Made by a program: the position numbers and the translations under genes
The notes under the pieces: model-generated
The model's input: only the letters and a program-made list of their open reading frames with translations
Told to the model about the DNA's origin: nothing
Database searches by the model: none
Assembly: GCF_009914755.1 (NCBI RefSeq)
Contig: NC_060937.1
Source: the human T2T-CHM13v2.0 reference genome, Homo sapiens
DNA: 64,000 nucleotides
Direction: 5' to 3' (one strand)
In this document: piece after piece, positions 28,763 through 47,135 of the stretch
Position numbering within the stretch: the first letter of the stretch is position 1
Layout of the letters: every line of letters starts with the position of its first letter

Positions 28763-31319
28763 AGTCTGAACTTCTTTAAGAACCTGCAAATCATGCTAGC
28801 TACAGAGGGGGAAATACGCTACTTCATTTATCTCACGTGAATTGTAAATGTTCACAAAATCCCAGAAAAGTACACGTGTGAATAATAGGAAACAAACTTA
28901 AAAGGAAACAAAGGCTGCTCCTCATCTCCTAGCCATTATTTCCCATAGACCACACAATTTTAGGGTTCACTTTCCACTGAGCGTCAAGAAAATGGTTTTC
29001 AGGAAGCATGAATTCTACCTCTTTCCTGAGGGAAAAATATCTCAGCACTCCTTGACTAAAAAACATAAACACAAATAGAGCCATTCCATTAATTCTTGAC
29101 TTTTTACAGGACTTTTTAAAAACAGATGTATCTTTAGGCACAGTGACCACTCACTCACCTTTTCATTTTGATTGTTTAAAAAAGACAGAAAATGAAACCC
29201 TTTGGGTCCTCTGCCCACTGCATTCCTGTTAATTGATGTTGTTCAATCTCTGGGGCAGATCGTTCAAAGATCTCCCTTGAAAATGCAATTCCTCATGTAA
29301 CAGTCTAGGGACTTTCTAGAAGTCAATCACATATGACCTAGGGACCCTCAGTCCTCACCACCAAGCACGCCAGTGGCCCAGTTGGTCCAGAAACAAGAGT
29401 CACTGCCGCAGCGTGGATGAGCGCGGGATTCTGAAATGCGCTTTCACCCCCCACCTCCACCTCTCCCAGGAGAACACTTCGCAGCTGCATTCATCACCAC
29501 CAGGGAGTCTAACTCACACGGAAACACCAGTTTCCCTAAGCATTTAGCTGACTTGAAGAACTTACAAAACAGAACTGCTTGCGTTGAGCGAAATCTAACT
29601 GAAAACAGATTTACTTAAAATTCTCAGCAAGACTTCAAGCATTGGAGGGGGAGGGGGCATTCAGACAAAGCAGCTTCTAAAATCATATGACAGGGTCCTC
29701 CATCACTTCACACATTAATGGGATGTTGAGAGTGTGTAACGTTGGAGACCTACACTAAGTTATGTATTTAGATAGCAGCCGTTTCCCTAATTATACCCAG
29801 ATGACTACTTCCCAGTCTCTTGAGCTGAATAATCATCATTACCCGTCTCGTCTCACCGCCTATGATATGCAGTAATTAAAAATGCAATGGATTTGTCACT
29901 CAGACCAAATACCGGACTGGGTTTCTCCAAGACCGTCTGAGCCTCAAAGGAGACAGAAAAAAACAACAAGGTCTGCAATCTTACCTTCTCTGCCAAGGAC
30001 ACTCCTCCAGCATTCTAATGCCTGACCTTCCCAACCTTCCCTTTAGCCTGAAAATATGATTGTATCCAAAATGAATGACTTTGATCTCTTGATGAGGAAC
30101 TGACTTTGTGATTGCTGGTTTCAGGATTAGGAAACTGTGTGAACACAGGACTATGCCAGTCCGGCAGCTGAGAACCACTCCTCTGAAACAGTAAACCCAG
30201 GCAGAGCGGAACCAGCTCACCTTCCGAGAAAGCTGGCTCACGAAAACACAGAGCAACTGTGGCGATCTTTTGACTGCTCTCTATACACTTTGAAAAAGTC
30301 CTCCTTTAATATTCAAAGCGACCCTGTTCGCTGTACTTTTGCAGTGATCCGGTATCGTTCCAGGCACAGTTCTGCGGGCTACATTCTAGGAATCCACCAA
30401 CAACCTTCAGAATCCCCCTATAAGAAATGGCAGTTGCATTTCATTTATGGCACCTTTTAATGGATGAATAAATTTGAGCATAAGAAATTATTTAAACAAA
30501 ATTGCAATTCTGACAGCTGAGCCGATGGAGAAAGAAACCCAAAAGACCTGTCTCCCTTTCGCATTACCTCACCTCCTCAAGTCATTCCCTTGTTTTCTGT
30601 AGAACTCTATCAGCAGATAGAGGAGGGAAGGAGAGGTTGACCATGTTTCTGAAAAATAGTGGCTGAAACTTTAATGCAAACTTCATAGAAACACATTAGA
30701 GTCCCACAGGTGGATGACGCAGGAAAGCATGGTGACCTGCTGATTCTGTCCTGAGGCCTCCCACCTTCTCCTGCATCACAGAATCCTTCACGGCTGTTCT
30801 TTCTCCCCAAAACATCAAACCGCCTCTGACCACCCTGAATCTCTGTGACCTGAGAGTTCCACTGAAGTCCACACACAGAGGGAAGGACTTTGACTTCTCA
30901 GTCCAAACTTCCTTTCACTTTAAAAAAAAAAAAAAAAGTTGTGTAATATCCCCCACTCTCCAGCATTGATAACCGGTAAGTATATTTGCAATTTCACAGG
31001 ATTTGCCCAACGCAAAAAAACACTTTTTAATTATCTACTTCTTGCTTGGAACAGTCTTATGATTCAAGAACTGAATCTTAGAGTGGCATTTCAGGCACTG
31101 TCCTGTGGAGAGGGGGAGTAGGAGGTGGGTCCAGTTGAAACAGCGCTTGGGAAGGAGGTAGCCCTCCTCTCCTGCTTGGTGGTTGCCCCCTGATAGGACA
31201 CTTTTGAGCAATGTCTTATTTCATGGTCTCTACAAAATAAAAAAGGAAAATATAGCTTCTTCTCCTTAACCAAGAGAGCCCGTCCCAATCCCCTAATCCT
31301 CCTTAAAAATATCCAGACA

Positions 31320-31710
<391 letters not shown>

Positions 31711-33417
31711 TCATATTTCAACACTGGGCCTGGAAAATGCTTTTTGTAAATGGACAGCTTAGATTCTGCCCAACAGCCAGGATTGTAAAGTTTATTCGCG
31801 TGCACAGTGGTCTCGAAAGCACTTCCGTATAATTAGGAGTGATTGTACTCACTTGTCAAATCTGACCAATAGATTTTAATTCTCCAAAACTCAGCCCATA
31901 CATTTCCCAAGGCACAATCATACATATCATAAACTATTATGTTCAAATCATAGTAATCTTCAAAATACAAGATAAATAAAATGCAACATTTCAAGCCTAC
32001 TTTCAAAAAAAATTTAGGTCTAACGATTCTTACTCTCACTGCCTGCTCTAGAAGAGAAAGAGTGTACAATAGTACAAAAATTAATATAGAAACTGCTGCA
32101 CCCACTGTTTCTGAGATTGTTTCTCCAGGCCCTCCAAAGCAATCATGCAAACTAGTTTAATTTTTAAAAATTGTTGGAGTGCTTTATGCTTGAGTTCTTG
32201 TAAGAGATTTAAGATAAAACAAACACACACAATCTGTAAATACCAGCATTAAAAACACCCATGTAGGCAGAAGTACACAAAACCACAGGAGATTTTAAAA
32301 AGGTGGTGGGGGTGGGGGGCTTCGAAAAGATCTGCAGGAAACAGACGGTGGTTGAAATGGCCTTATTTCCAGGCCACCCCAGGCTCCTCGTCCCCCGCTC
32401 CTGACTTGAATTGAGCTGGTGGACTCCCTCCCCTTCTCCATATCTGTGATCCAGCTTCCTGCTCACCCGCCCACAGCCCTCAAGTGGACTGACTACTTTG
32501 GCCTCTCTCCCACTGCACTCCAGACAAATCCATTTGTATTCGCACCAGTAAACATACTCTTGCCAACTGAACCATTGATAAAACTATGTTACGACAACCT
32601 CCTTTCAAATGAGAATGAGCAACTCCTGAGTGACCTCATGGGAGGGGCCAGCCATGCACTGCACAGCTCCAACTTCATTCCCCAATTTAGCAGACAGTTA
32701 CTGAATATCCTTTTACCGTAGGCTGAGCTTACCAAGATGAACACCCGCAGAGGGAGTAGAGTCTAGTCAAGGGGTGCGCTGGACACCAGAGCTCCTGTGG
32801 TTACCCAGCTTCACCAATAGCTGTTTTCAGGTTTTTAAAAAATTAGCCATTTTCAATACCATTCAGGACATAGGCATGGGCAAAGACTTCATGATTAACA
32901 CAAAAAGCAATGGCAACAAAAGCCAAAATTGACAAATGGGATCTAATTAAACTAAAGAGCTTCTGCACAGTGAAAGAAACTATCATCAGAGTGAACAGGC
33001 AATCCACAGAATGGGAGAAAATGTTTACAATCTACCTATCTGACAAAGGGCTAATATCCAGAATCTATAAAGAACTTAAACAAATTTACAAGAAAAAATC
33101 AAACAACCCCATCAAAAAGTGGGAAAAGGATATGAACAGACCTTCTCAAAGGAACACATTCATGTGGCCAACAAACATATGAAAAAAAGCTCATCATCCC
33201 TGGTCATTAGAGAAATGCAAATCAAAATCACAATGAGATACCATCTCACACCAGTTAGAATGGCGATCATTAAAAAGTCAGGAAACAACAGATGCTGGAG
33301 AGGATGTGGAGAAATAGGAACACTTTTACACTGTTGGTGGAAGTGTAAGTTAGTTCAACCATTGTGTAAGACAGTATGGCGATTCCTCAAGGATCTAGAA
33401 CTAGAAATACCATTTGA

Positions 33418-37546
<4,129 letters not shown>

Positions 37547-37934
37547 AAAATGTGGCACACCGTGGAACACTATGCAGCCATAAAAAAGGATGAGTTCATG
37601 TCCTTTGCAGGGACATGGATGAAGCTAGGAGCCATCATTCTCAGCAAACTAACACAGGAACAGAAAACCAAACACCATATGTTCTCACTCATAAGTGGGA
37701 GTTAAACAATGAGAACATACGGACACAGGGAGGGGAACATCACACATGGGGGCCTGTTGGGGGTCGGCGGCTAGGAAAGGGATAGCATTAGGAGAAATAC
37801 CTAATGTAGATGACGTGTTTATGGGTGCAGCAAACCACCATGGCACGTGTATACCTAATGTAACAAACCTGCACGTTCTGCACATGTATCCCAGAACTTA
37901 AAGTATAAGAATTTAAAAAATAGCCATTTTAGTG

Positions 37935-38135
37935 GGTTTCTTCCTATGTGTTTCTCTGAAGTCCTCCTCTCTTTTCTCTCATATGGACATCAGTCACTGG
38001 ATTTAGGATTCATCCGAAATTCAGGATGAGTCATCTTAAGATCTTCAATTACATCTGCAAAGCCTCTAATTCCAAATAGTCACTCTCTGAAGTCCCAGGT
38101 GGGTGTGAACCTTTGGAGGACACAAGTCAACCCAG
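37935..38135 (-). mobile_element. MLT1B/C-type LTR fragment
   Basis: 'ggacatcagtcactggatttagg...aattacatctgcaaag...ttccaaatagtcac...ggaggacacaagtcaaccca'. Confidence 0.7.
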
Positions 38136-38149
38136 TGAGTAGGAAGTGG

Positions 38150-39480
38150 AAGTTGAGGTTCCTTTTTTCCACATGGATATCCAGTTCCAGCATGATTTCT
38201 GAAAATAACTTACTTTCTTTCTGCCATGATGTTCAAATATGCTTTATTCTCACCAAATTTTGGTCTGTTGGTTCTACCAATCACTGAAAGAGAAATGTTG
38301 AAGCCATGGAATTGTCTTGGTGGATTTTGTCTATTTCTCCACCAGTTATGCCATTTTCTTCGTGTATTTTCAAGCTCTGCTATCAGGCACACACACATCT
38401 AGAATTATTGTCAGTTTTTCCCTGTTCTTCATTTGGATAATTTCTATTGCCCTGCATCCAAAGGCACTATTCTTTTCTTCTCTCATATCCAAGCTGTTGT
38501 AAGCCAGTCCAGTAAATTTTTTTATTTCCCATATTATATTTCTCAGCTTTAGAATTTGTGTTTTATTCTTTTTAATAGTTTGGAATTTTTGTTAAAATCC
38601 CCAGCCATTCACCTTTTTGTTTCTCTTTTGCTTCAAGTCTCTGAAATATCAGCTGCTTTAAGTCCTCGTCTGCTCATTCCCACATTCCCACTACATCCAG
38701 GTAGGTCTCCACTGACCTTTTCCCCTCCTGGTTATGGTGTTCATCTCCCTGCTTCTTTTCACCTCTAGCGATTGTTTTAATTGTGCGTTTAACATTATAG
38801 GATGCCATCCTGCTGAAATGCTGCACTCTGTCGTTGGAGCTGTGGGTGTCTCTGAAGTCCTCCTCTCTTTTCTCTCATATGGACATCAGTCAGATGTAAG
38901 GGCTGCTGAGTTTTGCTTGGTCAGCAGTGAATTTATCGGTGGGACTGGCTGACTTTCGCAGGCTTCCCTGTAAGTTTAACTGGAGAAGTCCCCGCATAGC
39001 CCTACCTGGCAGCTGAGAGAGACCCGTGCACGGCGCGTGCCGTTCTGTGTCCCTGTTGAATGCAGGTGTGCAGTGCGGTCTCCCCAACCTTCTGCGTGGG
39101 CTACTCTGGACTCTCCGTTCTGCTCAAAGTGTTCTTTGTTCTCCATGAGGCTCAAGGGGACTCTCCGCAGATTTCTTCAGATCCTGTCAGACACCCACTG
39201 CAAACCTTGCCACCTCCTCACACACCCCAACCTCTACCATCTGTCCGCAACTCCATGAGGCCACCATGCTGTACATGGGCTCCACCCGCTCATGCCACAG
39301 TCCAGAGAGAGCATCTCAGCAATCCCAGAGCACACCCCACGCACCCGCCAGGAATCCCACCCTTGGCTGTGGTCCTCAGTGTCTGAAAACAGGTGCTTCA
39401 TGCATTCTGTTCAGTTTCTACTTGTTGATGTGGAGAGGGATACTTCAGCACCAGTACTCTGTTGTGTCTCATAAATGGGT
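38150..39480 (-). mobile_element. Old L1M fragments (antisense)
   Basis: 'atggatatccagttccagca', 'gtattttcaagctctgctatcaggcacacacacatctagaatt' and T-rich ORF1 antisense sequence. Confidence 0.55.
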
Positions 39481-40444
39481 CCTAATTAGTATTTTCTTAC
39501 TTTCTGGAAACAAAAGTTTGGTCACTTACTGTGTTTTCCTTTTTCTTCTTTTTTTTCAGGCTTTCAGGAAGCTCCTCAGAGGTGAATCAGATAATGAAGC
39601 AGAACAAGATCTGCCCTTGTGAATTGCTTATTTGATTGCCATCATCTTAATTTTAATTTTATTATAAAGTGTGTAGGCAACACAGTTGAAGAAAACTGTG
39701 AAGCCACAGGAGCCTAAGCAATAGATTCGATTCCTTCCATTTGACTCCATTGTCATCCTTCCACTTCATATCCCTATCCCATCCTACCTGGTCTCATAGT
39801 GACTGTCGAATCCCCCTTAGCCTGCATTCTGAACAAATGCACCTAGTTGGATTCCTCTCTCATCCTTGCAAAAACAAAACAAATAAAGCAGAAACACCCT
39901 TTGCTCATGTTTCTACCAAAATAAGCATTGCCTGTGAGCTCTATGTGCCTTACTTGTGTTGTGCTCTCTGCAGCGCCCAGCAAGATGCCTGATCCACAGT
40001 CAGCAGACAACAAACAGCTTCAAGGCTCTGTTGGGTCAGGGCAGTCTTTAGATGAAAACCCTGCTCAGTGAGGAAACCACAGTCTCACCACAACGGGGCA
40101 TTCCAGGAGCTTGTCTGTGTCAGCATAGATGTTCGCCTCTGCACAAGGTGTTGTGAATTACTGTACTTGCCCTTCTTCTCTATCTAGGTCATTTTTCTTT
40201 TCCAATGGTGCCTTTAATTTAGATTTGGGAGGGGTTAAGATACTGGCAGCTCTTTGTTCTTTGAGCTTATAAAACAATGACAGAGCTAGAGTGTTCTTCT
40301 GAGCAAGGCGATCTGCTGGTTGATAATGATGATATGAGAGAGAAATAGCAGATGTGTTTTAGTGTCAACACTGAAGGACATTCCGAAGGCCTCATCCCTA
40401 GCTCAGACATAGGGCTCCACGCAGCTGCTGATCTTGTCCATTAC

Positions 40445-40785
40445 TGTATCAGTCAGGTTTCTCCAGAAAAACAGAACCAACAGGAGATGAGAGAGAGGAC
40501 AATTTTAAGAAATTTGCCATGCGATTGTGCGGCGGCCGAATCCAAAATCAGTGGTGCAGGTCAGCAGCTGGAAACTGAGGCAGGAGCCAGTGCTGCCATG
40601 TTGAGGTGGAACGTCTTCCTCTATGGAAACCTCTGTCTTTAACAGTAAGGCCTATGGCTGGCTGGGTGAGGCCCACCCACATTACAGAGTGTAATCTCCT
40701 TTACTTCAAGTTAACTGATTGCAGAGACTGAGCACATCTGTAGAATACTTTCACAGCAACACCTAGATCCGTGCTTGATTAAATA
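40445..40785 (-). mobile_element. MLT2 (ERVL) LTR
   Basis: 'tgtatcagtcaggtttctccagaaaaacagaaccaacagg...gaggcccacccacatt...ttcacagcaacacctaga'. Confidence 0.85.
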
Positions 40786-40900
40786 CACGTAAAGAATTGC
40801 TTATGGAAGCATCCATATAAACAAGTTTTAAAGGGATTGGTTTTAAGTTTCATGGCAAAAAATACAGAAGGTAATTAACGTACAGAAAATATTTACCCTT

Positions 40901-41237
40901 GGTCAAGTGCAGTGGCTCATGCCTGTAATCCCAGCACATTGGGAGGCTGAGGCAGAAGGACTGCTTGAGGCTAGGAGTTCAAGACCAGTCTGGGCAACGT
41001 AGGGAAACCTTGTCTCTAAAAAAAAAAAGAAAAAATTTAAGTAGCTGGGCATGGTGGTGTACGCCTGTAGTCCCAGCTACTGGGGAGGGTGAGCTGGAAG
41101 GATCACTTGAGCACAGGAGGTCAAGGCTGCATTGAGTCATGATGGCACCACTGCACTCCAGCCTGGGCAACAGAGCGAGACCCTGTTTCAAAGAAGGAAG
41201 GAAGGAAGGAAAGGAAGGAGAAAGGAAGGAAGGAAAG
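40901..41237 (+). mobile_element. AluJ with a (GGAA)n-converted tail
   Basis: AluJ diagnostics ('ggatcacttgagc', 'aggctgca', 'gaccctgt'). TSD aatatttacccttgg at 40888-40902 / 41238-41252. Confidence 0.93.
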
Positions 41238-41445
41238 AATATTTACCCTTGGCAGTCATCAAAGAAATACAAATTCAAACAAGATTCCACTTTTCACTTT
41301 TCAAATGGATGAGATGTTGTTCTTCGTCGGATATTTTTAGACCCCTTATTGTCCCTAAAGTCATGTTCATGGACTGTCATCCCTCACTTTTTCCGTAACA
41401 ACATTTCATCCCAAATTTCTTAGGTGTCTTGATTTTCTGTCAAAT

Positions 41446-42110
41446 TGAGGCAGGAGAGGAAAGAGACTGGGTCCTGCAGATATGTGACAAAGCAACACAG
41501 GTCCTGATGGCCCTCACACATCCGGGCACGTTCCCTCCCCCACTTGCACCCCTTAACAAGTAGACTGAGTCACGGAGCAGGAAGGGGTGGAGGTGCTCCT
41601 AAATCTGCTGACCAGGCTGAATTCCTGACCATACAAGGAAGGACCTATCTATCTCTTTGAGTGATGCCTTCTGAGGTCACTGAAACAGGACTCTGGCATT
41701 CCCTATAAGGACCTGACCAGGTCCAGCTGCCTGAAGACCAGAGGGACTGCAGCCTGACCCTCACGCCTTTCTCCTCATTTGAATGTCATCGTAATATTAA
41801 AATCACTGCCCAGGGTGGGGCTCCTCTGCCATTTTCTGGTCACCCGATGCAAGTTAGAGCATGAAGTCCCACTGCGCAAGCAAAGAAAAGACAAAGGCCT
41901 CACCTGAACATGCCTGGACGTCACTCTGTTCCCACCTCACCTTCCTGCCGGTGACACGCTGGGGGGCTGGTGTCCAGATCCTTTTCCCGCAGCTGCTCCG
42001 TGTGCCCAGCCCCAGCCTGTGAGCCCAGCCTGGGAAGAATCCCCAGCTGGCCTGGTGTCACCATCCACTCACACAAGAGCCAAAGAACTCAAGGTCCGGA
42101 TGCAGTCACA
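41446..42110 (+). mobile_element. ERV1-class solo LTR (MER39/MER34-group-like)
   Basis: Starts TGAGGCAGGAGA and ends ...GTCACA, with a 4-bp TSD aaat (41442-41445 / 42111-42114). Internal 'cactgcgca' motif. Confidence 0.7.
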
Positions 42111-42599
42111 AAATAAGCTCTTTTCTTAGCTTCTATAAAAAGCCAGGGAGGGAGGGGTTTTCAGTCACTGGGAGGAACAAGAAACCAAATAACCAAAAAG
42201 AGGCAGCCGAGCCCTGGAGCTGCCACACATCCAGCAAACATCATCAGACCCTTCGGGATGCCAGGACAGAGGTCAGAACCCAGAACCCCAGGATGCCAAG
42301 ATCGAGGTTCCTTCCCTCACCGAATTATTTTTAAAGTTGATACAGTGTAACTGAAAACATTAAATTATATGTGACCTGCAGACACCAAAGCCATCCTGAA
42401 ATGTAGGAATCTCCCAAGCCCTGGGCTGCCCTCACCTGCCGCCTGGCTGTGCTGCCCTCCTGGGCTGTGATCATATATGCATGCGAGGATCTCAACAAAG
42501 TAATCCTGTCCTCAGCACACGCAAAGCCTTACTTCACTGCACCCCTCTGGCGTACGGCAGGGCTATGATACCCCTTAAAATTGTCCTTGATGAGATAAA

Positions 42600-43670
42600 G
42601 AATTGAAGGAAAAAATCAGCAAAAACCTTTTTTCTTTCTCTTGCAAATAAAAAGTATGACCAACATAGCAAGAGAAAAGAGTGGGAGAACAGAATCAAAG
42701 TAGCTTTAAAAATACATCATCTCCCAGAAGTCAGGAAGAACATGATTAGCATATATGACTATGCAAACATCAAACAAATTAAACTAATGCATGCTTTTAA
42801 AATACCATAAACAAATTAAAAATCCACTTAAAAATATTTACAACATAGAAAACATATCAAGACCCAATTTCCTTACTATGCAAATACTACTCACAAATTG
42901 ACAGAAGAAAAAAACTTAAATCACCTTACATAAAAATAAGTAAAGTTTAAAAACACAGACAAACATTAAAATATGTACACATTTAACATATAATTATAAA
43001 GGAACTTTAAATAAAAAGAAGACATAGGTTTTTACCTGCTAGACAAAAAACGAGATAAAGAGCTTGGTAATTTTCAGTGAGGCCAGGAATAAACAAACAT
43101 CCTTTCACTTGAGTGGAATTGGCTACAGCCTCCGTGCAGGGCATTTTTACAGTAGCAATCAGTGATTCAAAATGCAAGCCCCCCTTATACTAGTGATTCC
43201 ACTTCCAGAAATGTACTTAATACTTGATCAAGGCTGCAGGTATATGTTGTACAATGTTCCCTGCAGCAATTTCCTGAAGCTGGAAAAACAGTTGGAAGGA
43301 AGCTAAGTGTTCACAAATAGATGTCTGTTAAAATTATTATAGAATGTCCTCCCAAACAGCACACGGTCTTTTAAAAGAATGAGGTAGACATATATTTGCT
43401 GACATGGAAAATGGTCCAAGTAATATTCCGTGAAGGCAGGGAGCAAATTGCAGAAGTAGAATAGCATTTGAGTAAACATTTCTGGAAGGATGCTCACCAA
43501 AAAATGTCCAGAGTGGTGAGCTTGTAGGGACAAGGCAGGGATTCAGAAAGAAATGTTGCTTTTCACTTTGTGCCATTCAGTAACATTTGAAACTTTGTCC
43601 ATAAGCATACATACATTACTTTTGTAATAAAAAACTAACTTAAAATTTTAAAAAATTAAAACAATAAAAC
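42600..43670 (+). mobile_element. L1ME 3' region
   Basis: 'aatatttacaacata', 'gtgattccacttccagaaatgtac' and 'gacatggaaaatggtccaag'. Confidence 0.6.
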
Positions 43671-43860
43671 AGATATTGAAAGTATATTAACATACTGATA
43701 TATTTTAACAGCTCTGAATTTTGAGAAATGTCTTGGCTTGAAAGGTCATTAAGGGTGAAAAGAGACTACTGAATATGATATTTTTAGTAGAATCCCTTGT
43801 TAAATGGGATACCCACTACTATTAGTTAGGATATAAAGATAAATATTAATATAATACTTA

Positions 43861-44200
<340 letters not shown>

Positions 44201-44848
44201 TCACAACTACACTATTGAAGGCACTACTGAAGGCACTTCACTACTGAAGGAAGATATCTGCCATAGTTACTGGCAATTTATTTTACCCCCTTACCTTAAA
44301 TTTTACATTATTGTTCCCTCTTAAAAATGATACAGTCATCACAGTTCTTTCATTTTGCCAGATGTGAACCTTTTATCCAAAGGGAGTTTTGAAAATGATG
44401 TAGATTTTTCTTCTCTGCAAAGCATATTCAGACTATTTGGGAAGTTGTAGATTTCTCTGGGGTGGACCTAGTTCCTGACTCCTGGAGCTCACAGTCTGTT
44501 CCTAAGCTAGCCAGTCCATGGCATGTCACGTCCTAATAAATAAGATTTCAAATGGTGACTGTGATTCTTCATAGGAATATAAGAAGAGCAATCTCTCTCC
44601 AGTCGTTTTTTCTTGCATTTCCAGCTTGTAGTCACAGTTCAATCAACCTTCCAATCCACTACTTCCAGACTTAGCTCATCAGTTAATTTCTTTCCTGGGC
44701 CTGGCACTTCTTTATTTCTTCTACTCCAATCCCCGAAAAAAGTTGAAAGTGGAATAAAGAAAAAATAGGATAACTATCTCCACCAATGACCCGACTCACC
44801 TCTTATAAGAAATCAATTATAAAGTATTTTAGGCAATTAAAAATATAA

Positions 44849-45197
<349 letters not shown>

Positions 45198-46364
45198 CTG
45201 GTTTGCAACATTTTATTGAAAGATTGAAGAGCCTGGAGAATACACCATGTGGAGCTCATTAAAACGCCCACCATCTTCTCCTGAGGGAGGAACAAATTCT
45301 CTGGAGAGGGGATTCCAAACTAATCCACTTACCCACCTCACTCCTGCTCCCAGGGTGAGAGCCACTCACAGAAGCAGCAGAACATTAGCATAGCATCTAC
45401 TTTAAAGGTAGAAAATAGCTCATAAAATAATTTTAATTATAGACTTAAGGAGGATTTTTTGTTGTTCTTTTTTTTCTCCAGTGATTTGGAAAAATTAAAA
45501 TACGTTTTCAATTTGGCAAAGGTAACCTGGAAGTTCTCATCATGCCATGCAAGGTGTAGACACTTTCATATTTGATGTTGAGTTTGCTTGCGAAGATACA
45601 GATGAGAAAGAAAGACCTGATAATGTGCTCCATGCCCAAACCGATAGGTTCAATGAAGCTCAGCATCCACGCGCCCTGAGAGCAGTGTGGGTTGTCCTCA
45701 CGGTGTCCACTGATCTGAAACCCAAGGGCGATGGGGTGGGGATGAAACAGACTCTTCATAATTCCCCACAGCATGAAAAAAAAAATGTTTGTTATGATAG
45801 GAAAATTACATGAAATTGGCAGATTTTTCACCACGTTAAAAAAGTACTGATAAAAGCCATGAGCACTTGTGTTATAACTCGGCTGGCAACAGCTGTGTCC
45901 AGGCAAGCTCATCTCTTCATGGCAGCACTCTTGGCACCACCAAATTAAGTCTTGTCAAAACCCAGCCACTGCCAGCTTACACTCCTAAGTCTGCAATGGC
46001 ATCCACAGTGACAAAAGATGTCAATTTTAGATTAAAAAGGTAGCAAAGCATGGGGTTTTACCTTAACAAACAATCATTAATAGCCTATGAGGGGTGGGGT
46101 GCTGGAACCACTGCATGCTACAGTGTACCAGTTCATCAGGTGGCCCTCCAGATAACTGCTGGTCCGTTTTGGCGATTTGAGATGTGTTGGTTACAGAAGT
46201 CAAGGAAAAGCAGAGTACGTTAGCTATTTGCATGTAAGTGGGAAATAGCGCCTTCCACAGGCAGCAGGCAGAAGGATGTGGCCCCAGGAGTTTTCTGGGG
46301 AAACAGGCAGTAACAACTGTATAATATGGAAAGATGACATCAAGCCCAAAACAATAGGGCATAT

Positions 46365-46590
46365 CTCTAGATACATATTCTGCACTTGGCACTGTTTAAA
46401 GGGCTTTGCATTCATTTACCCGTTTATTACTCACAATAATCCCATATGGTAGGTAAGATTATCTCCGCTTTACAGATAAGGAGACTGAGGCAGCAGGAGG
46501 TGGGATATCCTGCTCTTGGCTACACACAAGCAAGTGGTAAAGTGAGGCTGAATCCAAGCCAGCCGACTCCGGAATCTGTGCCCTTTGCCC
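46365..46590 (-). mobile_element. MIR (near full length)
   Basis: 'ctcacaataatcccatatggtaggtaagattatctccgctttacagataaggagactgaggc...ccgactccggaatctgtgc'. Confidence 0.8.
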
Positions 46591-46967
46591 TGCACCAGGC
46601 TGCATTCTGTGGCTTGTGTTTTCTTAGTGAAAAATCACAGACAGAAGACAGATGTCAAGAAGTTGGCATAGTGGAAAAGAGGGCCCCGTAGATCCAGTGG
46701 AACCACGTTCTTCTTTCTCCCTTCTCTCTGCTAAGGCAATGTGCACATAAAGACGAGTGCTCATCATCACCCCACCGAGTTTGGACATGAGGATATCCCA
46801 GAAAGGGTGGGAAAGTCTGAGGCTGCCAAATCTGAGGCCAGGAGTGTCATGCATGAGAAGTCCCATAGTTGTGGAGTGTGCCTGGGATGCCCCAGGAGCT
46901 GGGCCTTCCAGAGACCTTTGCATGGAGGCGTCCAGGGAAGGCCCAGCTGCTCTGAGAGCTGAGCAGG

Positions 46968-47135
46968 GAGCTCTCAACTTCAGCAGGCCTCAGAACCACC
47001 TGAGGCCTTGGTAAAACCAGGTGTGGGGGCCCTGCCAGAGTTTCTGACTCAGAAGGTCGGGGCTCAGTCCTGAAAACGTGCACTTCCTGCAAGTTCCCAC
47101 GATGCCGACACTGCTGGTCTGGAACCCGGCTTTGG
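46968..47135. mobile_element. MER5A-like hAT-Charlie MITE
   Basis: 'ctctcaactt...tcagaaccacctg...ccagagtttctgactcagaaggtc...aagttccca..gatgc..gctgctggtctgg'-type pattern. Confidence 0.7.

Noticed and set aside
27660-28789. Long His/Thr-rich and Val/Cys-rich ORFs (up to 358 aa)
   Set aside because: They arise automatically from the CA/TG repeat, which lacks stop codons; there is no coding signature.
44205-44250. Short 12-bp repeats as a CRISPR-like array
   Set aside because: Tandem units without unique spacers, no cas genes, eukaryotic DNA.
45508-45912. 134-aa minus-strand ORF or possible exon (ISGHREDNPHCSQGAW...)
   Set aside because: Only a moderate acceptor, no good donor, and no protein family recognised.
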